Of a stretch of DNA of 64,000 nt, positions 25,969 to 40,116 are shown one piece after another (position 1 is the stretch's first letter; every line of letters begins with the position of its first letter). Both the position numbers and the translations under genes were made by a program. The notes below the pieces were generated by a model. The model was given only the letters and a program-made list of their open reading frames with translations. It made no database searches and was not told where the DNA came from. This DNA comes from Octopus sinensis (lineage: Eukaryota), in the NCBI RefSeq assembly GCF_006345805.1, contig NC_043001.1:106454001-106518000 (forward strand), read 5' to 3'.

Positions 25969-27282
25969 TGGTGCGCTTGATCCAGAAAGCTACAAAGAGA
26001 AAGTGAATTGTCAGTGCGTGATCACACTGAAGGTTTTGTACAGCAACTGTCCTTCAAATAAATGCATAAATATATTGACGGTAAAGGTTATAAATGCGCA
26101 TGCTCGAAATTGTTTTTATAATTTCAAAGTTCGTTTAGTGTAGCAGTAGGTAAGTATATTTGTGTATTATTTAGTGAAGTGTGTGTGTGATTGAATGCTA
26201 AATAACGGTCATTTAAAAAGAGGTGTATGTATATGTTGAACACTTATTTTGGGTCCGTTTGCTATGGATAAATATTCATTCAATACTATTAGAATTTCTT
26301 TCTTTCTAATACACACACACACGATCGCATACATACACACTGTTAAACGCATATATATTACCTACTCAACCAAAATGAAATAGTCGATTTTATCAGTCAA
26401 AGTACATGACTAATGTCTTTTTCTCTTAAAAGACGTGTAGAAGGGAAGAAAATAGTGCTGTTACATTAGGCTCTGATGCATATACTCACGTGTAATCCTA
26501 TACACACTCTGAAACATTCGCAGGCAAATGCGTGTAGAAATAAACACGCGTAGAAATATACAAACACACACGCACACACACACTCGTTCAAATATAAGTG
26601 TGCATATGTCTGTATGCGTTTGTGTGTATAGTGTGTTTATGCGTAAATGGGGAACAGCTTTCCTTTCTCAATTTATTATATTAAAGGCATAATTATGTTC
26701 AAGTTTGGTGTAATTTTTATGAAGACATTTTCCATATTTCCTCATTAGTGCTTTGTGCTTAGTGGAGGACAATAGAATTCCTGAATCCATTTCCCTATTG
26801 ACGTTTCAAGATCTACATGGATTCATCATCAGCATAAAACGATTATTGGTTTGTAGTTTGTTATTGATAGAGTTTCTATAATAATGTCTTTTGTGTGGAA
26901 TTCAATATAAAATTCTTTGCACAGTTAACCAATCATTTGCCATCAATTTCGCGTTGTATTATTATACGTTTTGACGACCCTTGTTAAATGTATGTTCACT
27001 CTACCTGAAAAATCGTGCTGCGTGTCCACTGAAAAAGTTTGTGTCATAAAGTTTAAAACTTTTCCCTTTACAGGATTAGCGAATCACCGACAAATGATCG
27101 AAGATGTGATGCGCTGTTACATTGTGGCTATTGTGTGTCTGTTAGACTGATTGTCTGGAGTTGGTTGTGTGATTTGCTAGTTTACAGTGTCATGTTAAGC
27201 CAAAATGGTGACCTACTCAGCAACTAATCTATTTAAATACACATAACAATTGATTCATATTGTTATACGTTGAATGCGGCCA

Positions 27283-27455
27283 TGCTGGGGCACCGCCTTT
27301 AGTCGAACAAACCGAGCCAAGGATTTATTGTTTGTAAGCCTAGTACTTATTCTATCGGTCTCTTTTTGCAGAAATGCTAAGTTACGGGGACGTAAACACA
27401 CCAGCATCGGTTGTCAAGCTATTGCAGAGGGACAAACGGACACACAAATACACAC
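27283..27455 (+). mobile_element. SINE family C
   Basis: GCGGCCATGCTGGGGCACCGCCTTTAGTCG...GTAAGCCTAGTACTTATTCTATCGG. Confidence 0.8.
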
Positions 27456-27492
27456 AAACATACATATATGTATGTATATATAGATATGCAAG

Positions 27493-27546
<54 letters not shown>

Positions 27547-27604
27547 AATATATATACATATGTATATACATATATATGTGTATGTATATATGTATGTATG
27601 TATG

Positions 27605-27679
<75 letters not shown>

Positions 27680-28412
27680 ATGTATGTATATACAGTATCA
27701 TTGTCCTTGTTTTAATGTCCGTTGTCTGGAGATATTTCATCACACATTATGTAACCTCTTCAGCGACTCTCAATACCACGTGTCTCTTCCCGTTCTGAGA
27801 TAGAGAGTTGTTGTTGAAGATTTCCAGACAGAGAATATAGAGCACTCGCGTACATGCATAGAAATTTGAAAAAGTAAACGAATATAGGAGATAATCAATA
27901 CATTCGCATTCATATAGCACAAGCACCGCTGTAACGTCATTCATCATGAAATATATTTTTATACCACTATTGGATGTATTCAATGCAGTGATAGAGTGCT
28001 TGTTGCTTTCCTTTCTCACAGAAGTAGGAATGTAATAGTGAATGTGTGTGCACAATATGTGCATCTGTTTATATTATATACACACAGAGAAGAAGACAAA
28101 CAAAAAGAGGGAGAGAAAGAGACAGAGACAGACAGATATATATATATATAGATAGATAGATATATTGATAGATATATATATACATATGTATGTGCGTGTG
28201 TGTGGGTGTGTATGTATATATACACACAGACACACGTGTTTTTCTGTCTATCTGTATGTATGTATGTATTTATGTTAGTATGTATGTATTACACATACAC
28301 GTGTGAGTGCGTGCATGGTGTGTGCTATAAATCTAAATACATGCATGGGTGTTCGTATGTGTGTGTATATTTGTGAGTAATAATTCTTTTTTTGTATAGT
28401 AGTAGCAGCAGC

Positions 28413-28472
<60 letters not shown>

Positions 28473-28611
28473 TAATAATAGTAATACTGTATTTGTGAAT
28501 ATATTTTCACATGCTTGTAGATAATACATACGTACTTATGTATATATATATATATATTATGTACATATATATATATATATTATATATACGCCCATATATT
28601 ATAGATGCATA

Positions 28612-28653
<42 letters not shown>

Positions 28654-28760
28654 AATCGACCCCGGCATTTATTCTTTGTAAGCCTAGTACTTATTCTATC
28701 GTTCACATATAAATATGTGTGTATGACTAACATACACACATATTTATATGTATATACATG

Positions 28761-28921
28761 ACCGGCTCCTTTCAGTTTCCGTCTACCAAATCCACTCACA
28801 AGGCTTTAGTCGGCTCGAGGCTATAGTAGAAGACACGTTTGCCAAGGTGCCACGCAGAGGGACTGAACGAGGAACCATTTGGTTGGTAAGCAAGCTACTT
28901 ACGACACACCCACTCCTGCGA
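28761..28921 (-). mobile_element. SINE family B
   Basis: Reverse-complement match to family B. Confidence 0.85.
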
Positions 28922-28923
28922 CC

Positions 28924-28954
<31 letters not shown>

Positions 28955-28984
28955 ATATATACATATACGCACATATATACATAT

Positions 28985-29031
<47 letters not shown>

Positions 29032-29080
29032 TATACATATACATATACACACATATATATATATATACACATACATATAC

Positions 29081-29130
<50 letters not shown>

Positions 29131-29537
29131 GTATACATATATATATGTATATATGCATGTATGTATATGTTTGTGTACCTGTTTATATTTATATACGTTT
29201 GTTTGTATGTATATATTTTACATATGTCTGTGAGAGTGTGTGCATATATATGTGTGTGTGTGTGTGTGTCCTTGTGCATATAGTCAGTGATATCATTATC
29301 CATATGCTGATACATATAATCGCATAGAGATACACCTGCGCATAGGAACGAGCCTAGTTGAATTATTATTGTCGGTGTCTGTGTATACGTAACTACACAC
29401 ATGGGTGTATATACGTCCGTTTGTTTATTTGCTTGTTTTTTTTTTTTGTTGGTCTGTGTGTGGCAGTTTCAAAAAAAAAATCAGACGGTGTTAGTGGTGT
29501 GTGTGTGTAATAAATATGTTTGTTCAATATTTTTTAT

Positions 29538-29736
29538 TTTATGAAACACATTAAATATTAAAATCCTCATCGGAAACAGCCGAAGTATTAAGAAAAATAA
29601 TACTCGTTTGATTTCAATTAAAATTTCAAATATATCTTAACAAAATTATTGAAACAATAAATCAGTATTCTTTATATTTTATCCAAGCTGTTTATTTTTT
29701 TATGATTATGGTTTTTAATTAAATTTCAGTGTGAAT
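29538..29736 (+). repeat. 199-bp AT-rich segment duplicated at 34548-34746
   Basis: Base-by-base comparison: one mismatch, offset 5010. Confidence 0.95.
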
Positions 29737-29912
29737 TTCTATCGCTCTATTAACACTTTCCATTGTGTTGCCTTTGAATTTCTAAACCATGACCTGCACA
29801 GTATATCTTTCTGTAGGAAAACCTATTCCGTACGATCCCCATCCAATAATATAACAACACACATACAACAAATATTCTTTACAATCACTTTGCATTATGA
29901 TAGTACGATTGA

Positions 29913-30125
29913 AGGCTTTGAGCTGGCAGAATCGTTAGCACGCCGGGCGAAATACTTAACGGCATTTCGTCTGTCGGTACATCCTGAGTTCAAATTTCGC
30001 TGAGGTCGACTTTGCTTTCATTCTTTCAGGGTCGATAAATTAAGTACCAGTTGTGTACCGGGGTCGATCTAATCGTCTGGGCCCCCTCCCTCCAAATTTC
30101 AGGCCTTGTGCCTATAGCAAAAATG
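29913..30125 (+). mobile_element. SINE family A (tail 2)
   Basis: Head, core and tail. Confidence 0.9.
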
Positions 30126-30143
30126 ATTATTATAATACGACTG

Positions 30144-30355
30144 TAAGGCAGCAAGCTGGTAGCATCGTTATCACACCTGGTAAAATGCTTAGCGGCATTT
30201 CGTCCGTCTTTACGTTCTGAGTTCAAATTCCGCCGAGGTCAGCTTTGCCTTTCACCTTTCGGGGTTGATAAAAGAAGTGCCAGTCGGACACTGGGTTCGT
30301 TGTGAACAACTTAACCTACCTCCTCCAATATTGCTGGTCCTGTGCCAACATTTGA
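30144..30355 (+). mobile_element. SINE family A (older copy)
   Basis: Diverged head and core. Confidence 0.8.
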
Positions 30356-32828
30356 AACGATAATATAGCACGACCTACACAGTACATACACTTCTCTACA
30401 CAAGTACTTACCCCCAATAACATAACACGAACAACACAACACATATGTTGCACAATCGTCACCTGATAGTAAAACACAATATATTTCACGGATAACATAC
30501 TAAATATAATCATCACCCAACGAGACGACGCAACTCATATTTCGAAATATTCTACACAATGGATGAAGGAAGAAGAAAGCTCGAACACAAAGCAAAATCT
30601 GCGAACGTGTTACCTCTACGATCACCGCTTTACAAATACCATTTGTGATAACTAGCCTGAAAAATCGGCACCATTAAAATTTCAATTGCATTGACTCTTC
30701 CATCCACTGCATCCCTTGCTGTTGCAATATTCTATCGGCAATTTTATAGCACTCCAGCTCCATCTATTGTATCGCCTTTCTCGCTCCGAGGCGTAAAGAC
30801 CATGTGCACTCATCCACACTCTTGTCTTGTTAATGGGAACCGCGTCGTTCCACACATCGAAGACATCTTCGAACGGATGCTTCGAATACATAATGATTCT
30901 CCTTGATTTTCAGGACGCATACTTAAAACCAGGCATATGTGACTTTAACCAAAGTCGAAGTTGCTTCCGGGAGCACTTCCTTTTTTTTCTTCTTCTTAAT
31001 ATCCACATAGTCTAAATAAAATACGAAGATGCTCCCTCATTTTATTCAAACTGTGGAGCTATGATCAAATTCAAGGTCAGATATATGTTCATTACATTCA
31101 TTCGAGCTTCATTTATATTTCCTACTCTATCCATTTCTTGAAGAGGTTTCGAAACCTAGATGTTACTTCACCTAATTTTTCACGAATTTATCTCTATTTC
31201 AGATATGTTTTAAGCATACAAATATATCAGAAATGTATAACTTTATGTGCGTTGACTGATTTACTGAAAATATTACCAAACCCTTCGCGAAAACCCTGAC
31301 CAAAATCCAGGTTAAAAATCAAAAATTTTTCTTATAAAAATCAGAAAACGATGGGTCACATGACTGTGGACGCTACCACTTCCAATTACTTTATACAAGG
31401 AATGAGGATATAGAAGTGGATAGGATAACCATCCAGATAATGGTTTTGTAGTGAATGGATATAACAGAGCGTACAAAGAATGCACGTATCATCAAATTAC
31501 TCGTAAAGCCTTTCCTACAAGCTGTAGTGGTTGTTTAGAATTACTATAATTAGAAGTAACATAGAAGAGAAGACTAAAATGGCGTCCATCAACTCAATCA
31601 CTCAGTATGAAAGCATTTGCGAACCTGGGCTAATGAAAGAGCTTCGACGTGGTCCATCAGTCGACAAGACATAATGCAACTCATAAAAATGCTTTTGAAA
31701 TATCGAATAACATGCTGCATTCTGTAATCCTAGATCTACAGAATGATGGAATGCTCATGTCTCGAGCGAATTACTTGACTAATCTTCGCTGTACAGGATT
31801 ATCTGGGTCTTAACAGCAACAACATGATTATGTTTTCGAAATATAAAAATATAATGATAATCTAATTTATACAAGAGTCGAGTCGATAAGATAATTCCAA
31901 CCTGTCATATACTGAGATTGGTTAGTACAGATAGGCGTTATTGATAAATGTGGACATGACTGATAAAACGCTGAAATGTTGTTCGTATTCTTTAACCAGA
32001 TAATACAAGCGAAACTCGGTTGTAAAATCTCAAAAGAAACCGTTACATGTTATTGAGCAAGAAGCAAAGTGTAAATGATAATCAGATTGTCAGGTTCTAA
32101 AAATGTTAACGAGATTATATGACATTTAAATTATTAATGATATGTGCAAGATATAACTGTTGACCTACATAACTATACGTGTAGACATAATTCATACATT
32201 GTAAAAGATGATTTTATAATATAATCAGATGATGTTAATTTGCAGAGGTTAACCGTAGGTTAGAATAAATTACATGGTCAGAAATTTTAGACAAAGAAGC
32301 CATATATCAAAATATATCTATGAAATAGACGCAACTAATGAGTTTGCTTTTAAACGTGATAAGCATCTTTTACAATAGCTACAGACAAGAATACAGTGTA
32401 TCAATGCTAATAAAGGATTGTAGAAGTTGATTAGAAAAATAAGTGAGTTGTAATTTGCAAGCCGAGTTCTGATAACTATTTTATTGTATCTCATAGTTCA
32501 TTAAACATTTCGGAGACGGATTGTTGTCATAAAAGACTATAATTTTTCAAACATTCAATATGAAGTTTTGGAGACGAAATAATTTCTTTTTATACTCAGC
32601 TTCAATCACTTCGATATCTGATCGTTATCATTTGCCTTATTTCTGGATATACATGGAACTTGTGTGAATTCGAACTTGGACACTCTATTTTCAAACTAAG
32701 CGAAGTGAATTTTAGCCACTAGTGCGGATATAAGTTTTCATGTCTAGGAGAACACTTAATTGTCCTAAAATATTTAATTTCATAGAGTCTAACTTACCAA
32801 CTTAACCACATATATATTTTTCTTTACA

Positions 32829-33400
32829 ACTCTAGGCACAAGGCCCTAAATTTTTTTTTGGGGGGGGGGAGTACCAGTCGATTAGATCGACCCCAGTACG
32901 CAACTGATACTTAATTTTTCGACCCTGAGTGGATGAAAGGCAAAGTCGACCTCGGCGGAATTTGAACTCAGAATGTAAAGACAGACGAAATACCTATTTC
33001 TTTATTACCCACAAGGGGCTAAACACAGAGGGGACAAACAAGGAGAGACAAACGGATTAAGTCGATTACATCGACCCCAATGCGTAAATGGCACTTAATT
33101 TATCGACCCTGAGTGGATGAAAGGCAAAGTCGACCTCGGCGGAATTTAAACTCAGAACGTAAAGACAGACGAAATACCTATTTCTTTACTGCCCACAAGG
33201 GCCTACACACAGAGGGGACAAACAAGGACAGACAATCGGATTAAGTCGATTATATCGGCCCCAGTGCGTAATTGGTACTTATTTAATCGACTCCGAAAGG
33301 ATGAAAGGCAAAGTCGACCTCGACGGAATTTGAACTCAGAACGCAGCGGCAAGCAAAATAACGCTAAGCATTTCGCCCGGCGTGTTAACGGTTCTAACAA
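32829..33400 (-). mobile_element. SINE family A trimer: head-[core-tail1]x2-core-tail2
   Basis: Three cores with identical junctions at about 32993 and 33177. Confidence 0.9.
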
Positions 33401-34406
33401 CATATATATTTAAGTATGTGCTTTGGACAATATTGAAAATTACAGGCTATGAAACCATAAGTACGACCCTAAAAATATTTACAAGTTTGTCCTTCTGCTG
33501 TGAGTAATGCATCTAAATTCATTGTTAATGAACATGGAAGCATAATTAGCAAAAATGATTTATAAGCACATTTTATTCTAATTACTTTAGAACTTAAACT
33601 AAGAGATTAGTTGGACAGTGGGCTTAAAAAATGTAAAATATCAAGATACGTTCACTAAAGGATAGCAAAAATGATTGTAAATTGTCAAGAGATATGCTGA
33701 AGCAGGTACATTTCTATTAACACGTACAGCATATCGTATGATAAATTAGGAAATTAAAAATTCCATAATGCGGATGTTAAATCTGAGAGATATCCTGACT
33801 GTTATTCTCTAATGTAATAACGAACATGATGCAGTATCTTATCATTAATGTTAATCTAGGTATCGTGTGTTGTATAATTAAAATCTAATTAATTTATGAA
33901 AGAGAGAAGAAGAAGAAAATTAATAGTTATAAGTTATTGATAAAAGTTATGATCCAGCAATACCTTAGTTGTGATCGCTGAAACAAAGCTAGAAACCTAT
34001 AAAAAAATATAAATAATTCAAACGCTGGGATGTCATGAAGAAGAAGAAAGGAGATTTGTGCAAAAGCGTTCGTGGGGGGAGACGAGAAATATCATTAGGT
34101 AATGAATAAAATATGATTATTTTGAGAGAAGAAACTAAATGGCGTTGTAAAACGAAGAGATAGAATTTAACAGTGGAGAGAGAGGGGCTGAAATGTTACA
34201 CATAGATAGCATTACTTAAGCACACTCACATATCTACATATACAGATGAGCATATTATTACCAATGATTATAAACACGTGTGTAAAAAAGCAAGATTAAT
34301 AAAATATATACACACATACATACACACGTATTTTCCTAGTAATTTCATATAGGCATACCTATGCGTGCATATAAGCACACGCATTTATATATACATAAAG
34401 ATATAT

Positions 34407-36528
34407 GCAAGAAAGAACGCTGCAGTTATGAATACAAAATCGCGGCAAATGCCAGTAGCAATCCAAAAACCTTCTTTGCCCATGTCCAGCGGAATTCCCG
34501 CTTGAACAACCAGATTGCAACGTTGGTAGACTCAACAGGCGTATCGATTTATGAAACACATTAAATATTAAAATCCTCATCGGAAACAGCCGAAGTATTA
34601 AGAAAAATAATACTCGTTTGATTTCAATTAAAATTTCAAATATATCTTAACAAAATTATTGAAACAATAAATCAGTATTCTTTATTTTTTATCCAAGCTG
34701 TTTATTTTTTTATGATTATGGTTTTTAATTAAATTTCAGTGTGAATACATACATACATACATACTTGCATACATACATACATACATACATGCATGCATGC
34801 ATGCATACATACATACATACATACGATTGAGGACCTTTATCAACAGAGTCAATTATTTGCCGAGGCTTTTTCAACTATTTTCAAACAAGATGATGGTCGT
34901 GAACCCCCTCCATTTGTTAGATCGGTACCTCCAATGCTTCGATTGGTCATCACGCGGGACGAAGTCAAACGTGTTATTCAAGGCCTCGATGTCAACAAGG
35001 GTCACGGCCCTGACGGCATACACCCACGGGTTATCAAAGCGTTGGCTCCGGTCATCTGTGAGCCCTTAACACGACTATTCAATATGTCATTGGCGACGGG
35101 TGTTATATCTGCGGACTGGAGAACAGCGATAATCTGCCCAATTTTCAAGAAAGGGAGCCGCGAAGATCCGCTTAACTACCGACCGGTTTCCCTTACATCA
35201 ATAATCAGCAAGATGTTCGAAACCATCCTTAAAAAAAGTATGATGCTCCACCTCCTAAACACAGCTTCTATCTCTGATTCCAAACACGGCTTCGTGCCGA
35301 AGAGATCATGCTTGACCAACTTACTAGTAATGGAAGAATTTGTGACGCGCATCCTCGATGATAGTGATGCTGTTGACATCGTTTTATTGGACTTTGCCAA
35401 AGCTTTTGACTCGGTAAACCACCGCCTATTACTTGTCAAGCTTCAAGCATATAGTTTCCATCCGGATATTGTACGATGGGTTGGTGCCTTCCTCTCAGAT
35501 CGCTCCTTCCAAGTCCAAGTTAATGGTTCGCGGTCCGACGTCTCCAGTGAGAGCAGTGGCGTGCCTCAAGGTTCGGTGCTTGGGCCCTTGTTGTTCTTAG
35601 TCTTCATAAATGACTTGCCCGACGACCTCACGCAACACACCCTTCTATTTGCCGACGATATCAAACTGGTCGCTCCTCGCGGTGATATAGAGGATCTTCG
35701 TCGATGCCTCCACCAAATTTGGAAGTGGTCTAACGATTGGGACCTGTGTCTGAACGTGTCAAAGTGCTGTCATCTGCCTGTCGGCTCTACTCCTGCAACT
35801 CAACTTGATTTCGAGCCGGGTCGTCTGCTGCTGGAGAGGACCGATCAGGTAAAGGACCTGGGTATCTTGGTGGATTCCTCCTTTTCACCTTCAGCCCAGT
35901 GCGTCCATGCTGCCAACAAAGCACGCGGAATTCTGTTCTTGATTCGACGGTCATTCGGAATGCTCACAGCAGCCATATTCCTACCACTCTATGTCACGCT
36001 GGTGAGACCCATATTGGAGTATGGGATTCAAGCCTCTTCTCCTTATCTCCTCAAAGACATACAGCATCTCGAAAGAGTCCAGAAGCTGGCTACCCGCATG
36101 GTTCATGGTCTCAAAAATTTGTCCTATGAAGAAAGGCTGAGGATGCTCGACCTTTATTCTCTTGAAAAACGCCGCCGCCGTGGTGATCTCATTCTCGCCC
36201 AGAACATCATAAGCGGAAAGTGTAACCTCTCGAAAGAGCTGTTCTTCACTCCTGCTCCAGAGCGTCGGCTGCGGGGTCATTCCGAAAAGCTCTACCTGCG
36301 ACGATTTCATCTCAATCGAAGGAGAGGAGCTTTCTCCGTCCGGGTTGCGGATCCGTGGAACAGGCTGCCAGACGAGATGGTGAAGATGCCGACGACCGCT
36401 TTGTTCAAAGCCTCCCTTGACCTCAAGTGCCCTGAACTCTTTACATGAACACCACCCTGTACTTAACTCCATGTCCCCCTACATGGCCTTGCTATTTGCT
36501 TTTGAGCCAAATTAACTAACTAACTAAC
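34407..36528 (+). mobile_element. CR1/Jockey-type LINE copy 1, 5'-truncated and interrupted at 34550-34823
   Basis: 34407-34549 encodes ERCSYEYKIAANASSNPKTFFAHVQRNSRLNNQIATLVDSTGVSI, which continues as IEDLYQQ at 34826; ends in a short 3' UTR and (TAAC)n tail. Confidence 0.9.
34793..36448 (+). CDS. Uninterrupted non-LTR reverse transcriptase ORF, no endonuclease; first residues come from the microsatellite
   Basis: [44 protein letters not shown] and [10 protein letters not shown] motifs. Confidence 0.9.
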   Translation: MHACIHTYIHTIEDLYQQSQLFAEAFSTIFKQDDGREPPPFVRSVPPMLRLVITRDEVKRVIQGLDVNKGHGPDGIHPRVIKALAPVICEPLTRLFNMSLATGVISADWRTAIICPIFKKGSREDPLNYRPVSLTSIISKMFETILKKSMMLHLLNTASISDSKHGFVPKRSCLTNLLVMEEFVTRILDDSDAVDIVLLDFAKAFDSVNHRLLLVKLQAYSFHPDIVRWVGAFLSDRSFQVQVNGSRSDVSSESSGVPQGSVLGPLLFLVFINDLPDDLTQHTLLFADDIKLVAPRGDIEDLRRCLHQIWKWSNDWDLCLNVSKCCHLPVGSTPATQLDFEPGRLLLERTDQVKDLGILVDSSFSPSAQCVHAANKARGILFLIRRSFGMLTAAIFLPLYVTLVRPILEYGIQASSPYLLKDIQHLERVQKLATRMVHGLKNLSYEERLRMLDLYSLEKRRRRGDLILAQNIISGKCNLSKELFFTPAPERRLRGHSEKLYLRRFHLNRRRGAFSVRVADPWNRLPDEMVKMPTTALFKASLDLKCPELFT

Positions 36529-36531
36529 ATA

Positions 36532-37745
36532 TCAGGCTGAGTAAAACGTAAGCAACGTTTTGAAACATGAACTTCTTCACAATATATTTCAACAGTGCAG
36601 AAATGTTATTCTTGGACTTAAGTTTGCCAACGAGTTACAAGTTTGTTTGTTCCGGTAACATTAAAATCTGAAGTTCTAGAACTAATGAACTTTTTGAAGG
36701 TACTTTCAGCATCGGTTTGATTTTTGAACTCCTTCTCTCACAGGAAACCATCAAGGTGCTCGAAAAAGTGGTAGTTGGTAGGAGAAAGGTCTGGTGAATA
36801 AGCTGGGTGGGGAAGAACTTCGTAGCCAAGTTGTCTCAACTTCTGGAGCGTCATTAATGAAACGTGTGGTCGAGTATTATCATGAAGAATGATTGGCCCC
36901 CTCTTCTGTCATCCAGTCTGGGACGAAGGAGTAGCAGTTTTTCGTTCATTTTGGCAATTTCATGGCAATATGTTTCTGCAGTAATGGTTTTTCCGGGTTT
37001 TATGAAGTTATCGTGGATGAGTCCAGCAGTGCACCACCAAACCGTCACCGTAGCCTTCTTTCTAAAGAGCTCGGTTTCATTTTGGTCCAACCACTGCGAA
37101 GAACGTTTATTATTATTATTATTATTGTAGAGGATTCACTTTTCGTCTTAAGTTACAATACGGTCGAGAAATGGATCAGTCTGGCTACAGAGAAGCTGCG
37201 ACAAGCAAATTTCATATCTGCGCATTTTCTGATTTTCCATCAAATCGTGTAGAGCTTTTTTTGATTTTCCAATCGCATGCAAATGTTTGCAGGCAGTTTT
37301 CTGGCTAACATGAAGTTCTTTTGCCAGTTCTCGAGTGGTTTTACGTGGATCTTTCTCGATGAAGGTCTTTAATTGACCGCCATCGATGACAAAAGGGTGT
37401 TCACTACGCTCACGATCTCCAAGGCTCAAGTCCTCACTGCGAAATCATTTAAACCATTTTCCTCGACAAACGTTTCGTTGATATCGCAAGCAGTTTCAAC
37501 TGCTTTACATCCTTTTTTGAAGTTAGCAAAATTGCTCGAATATCGCGCTTTGATAGTTCCATTTCAGATGATTGTAACAACGGGGAAAAATTATCAACGT
37601 TAATATATTGATGCATTTAGGCAAGTCTATGTCTGTATTATCAGACAATTGCAAAAAATGTTTAAGAAAAATTCAAGACTCTGCAAAAATCCCGTACAAA
37701 TTCTTCATGGTTCAAAATGTTGCTTACTTTATAATGAATTTGTGT
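36532..37745 (-). mobile_element. Near full-length decayed mariner (Mos1/SETMAR-like) transposon
   Basis: ATG at 37562 (MELSKRDIRAIL); DPRKTTRELAKEL, FLDRIVT, VTVWW..GLIH and HPAYSPDLSPTNYHFF; about 27-bp inverted match between 36545-36572 and 37704-37731. Confidence 0.9.
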
Positions 37746-38247
37746 ATGTGTGATTGTGTGTGTGTGCGTGTGTGTGTATGTGTGTGTACATACACATACA
37801 CATGCCTACACATCCTTATTATCTAGAAAGAATTGAACCTGAAATAAAGCATTAGACACTCCCGACATGGCAAACAAATTTTCTTCAACCACCAACGTTT
37901 TTGAAACGTACGTTTGCACTAACCACTCTAATGACTGGTATATAAAACCGAATATGCCAGTCAGGATCACAAGTGTTCCAAGCAGAAGTCCATTCTGTCA
38001 AAGATGACCTGGTCCAATACCTATAAATATATAATTCACAAGAGGTGAGTGAGGCATTACATCTTATGTGATGGCTGAAGACTTTGGAGAAAACGTGAGG
38101 AAATGGAGACTGTGAGACGTGCGCAGATACTTGGAGGCAAGGGAGAGGAAAAGATCAGATATTTGAGGTTGAACCGTGATGTAAGATAAAAACATATGCT
38201 CATAAAGGTAATGCACAAACGCACACGCATACACACAGAGGAATAAA

Positions 38248-38508
38248 GGTATGACGAAGTAAGGCGGCGAGCTGGCAGAAACGTTAGCACGCCGGGCGAA
38301 ATGCTTAACGGTATTTCGTCTGCGTTACGTTGTGAGTTCAAATTCTGCCGAGGTCGACTTTGCCTTTCATCCTTTCGGGGTCGATAAATTAAGTACCAGT
38401 TACGCACTGGGGTCGATGTAATCGACTTAATACCTATGTCTGTCCTTGTTTGTCCCCTCTGTGTTTAGCCCCTTGTGGGTAATAAAGAAATAGGTATGAC
38501 GAAGTAAG
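38248..38508 (+). mobile_element. Complete SINE family A copy with target-site duplication
   Basis: GGTATGACGAAGTAAG at 38248-38263 and 38493-38508. Confidence 0.92.
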
Positions 38509-39933
38509 TCAAAATACTTACGGCCTCAGAATTTGCTTAAGTGTTTGCACGAACACCACATGTCCAGAGAATTTGCTGTATGACAAGTTCGCTGAATGGA
38601 CAATCATAAAGTGTATTATATCAGCATTTTTTTAAATCAAGAAAGTAATGATAAAAGGTTTTATAAAAGTATTCAATAGTCAGGTCTTTATTCAACGTCA
38701 AACATTAAAAGAAAAACGTGAGGAGGTCATTTAAAGCGAATTTTCTAACAGCAAATCTTTCTACAGCAAAAATGTTTAGGAGCGAAGTTTCCTATAACCC
38801 AAACATCATAAATTTGCTTGTGAAAGTACAAAAGTATTTTTTTTTAACGATGTGGTGCTTCAGCCGAATATAGAGAATTGCAAAGTTTCCATTTAATTAC
38901 AGTATACCACAATGCTGGTATTTGGTCAGTGAGAGGGAATTGAGTTGAAAATAATCTGGTAATAAAAAGAGGGATGTAACAGACAGAACAGGTGCCAGAC
39001 TGTGTATTATAAGAGATAATTAATCATTTAAGATGATACGCAGTTTTTTGTCCTGTTTGAAACAGAATAGGGGAATTTGGGAAAACAGTAGTAATTAAAG
39101 TGTCAGAATAGAAAGGAATTAATACATACGTGTCGACTTGTAACAGATAAGATAAAAGAAAAACGTCAAGACCCAAACCATGCAATGGGTGTGGAGAAAT
39201 ATATTTTAAAAGAAACTGTCCTTTTAAAAATCTAAAACATTGAATTCACATTGTTGAGGAAACAAAAAAGGTCGAACGAAAAAAATTCGAGAAGAGAGTA
39301 TTGTCAACACAAATGCAAAGCGAGGCACAATAAAGAAAATTCGTCTCCACAAAAATAAATAATGTGAATACGAGACTACAGTTGGACACAGGTACTGATA
39401 TCACGATATTTAACGATGATAGATGGAGAAAAATAAGAAAGCCTACATTGAAAAAAACTTCGAAAATTGTGCGAGCTACTTCATGGGAAGAATTGCGGTT
39501 TTCGGGTGAAATGATAATTGAGGTAACATTTCGTGTAAAAACTATGAAAGACAAAGTTTTTGAATTTAAAAAATACGACAAACCTATCTGGCACAGACTG
39601 AATGGGACTATTTAATTTATGGGACTTCCACGAAAATATTTTTTTGTCATAATGCAAACGGTTCTTAGGACACTTTAAATGAGGCATCGGAGGATTTGAA
39701 ACAGAAATTTTTTTTTAATTTTCCTGAATTTTTTTTCTGAAGAATTCGGAAGGTGCACCTAGACAAAAGTAAAATTTTAAATGAAACAAAACGCTGTATT
39801 GGTATTTAAACCAAAGCGTGTTATTCCTTTCGCGGCGTTGAATCGAGTCAATGAGGAATTGGATAAACTCGAAGAGCTTGGAGTTATAGAAAAAATTGAT
39901 TGTTCAGAATGGGGATCACCAATTGTTTATGTA

Positions 39934-40116
39934 TGTTGTGTGGACGCCCCAGACGATGAAGTAGGCTAGCCCAATACGTAGATATAGAGGGAGAAGTCTA
40001 GACGTCAGTAGAGAAGAGGAGTTGAGTTGAGTAGCGGCCATTCGAACGTGCGACATAACAGTGGCGACGAGGATTTCGAAGCTCACACAGCCACTGTGTA
40101 GTTGTGCGACATAACA
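39934..40116 (+). mobile_element. 183-bp mini-LTR element nested in the Gypsy RT
   Basis: TSD ATGTA (39929-39933 and 40117-40121); termini TGTTGTG...CATAACA; PBS TGGCGACGAGGAT at 40062-40074. Confidence 0.8.

Noticed and set aside
30540-31080. Possible decayed DNA transposase (EHLRILFRLCG, Chapaev/Transib-like start)
   Set aside because: Only one short motif; the remaining expected Cys pattern was not recoverable.
31578-31675. AAAATGGCG start with 31-aa ORF MASINSITQ..
   Set aside because: Short, with no splice donor or CpG-rich promoter context.
38975-39145. Purine tract followed by TGTAAC...TGTAACA as the Gypsy 5' LTR
   Set aside because: No similarity to the LTR at 41784-42040 and no PBS follows.
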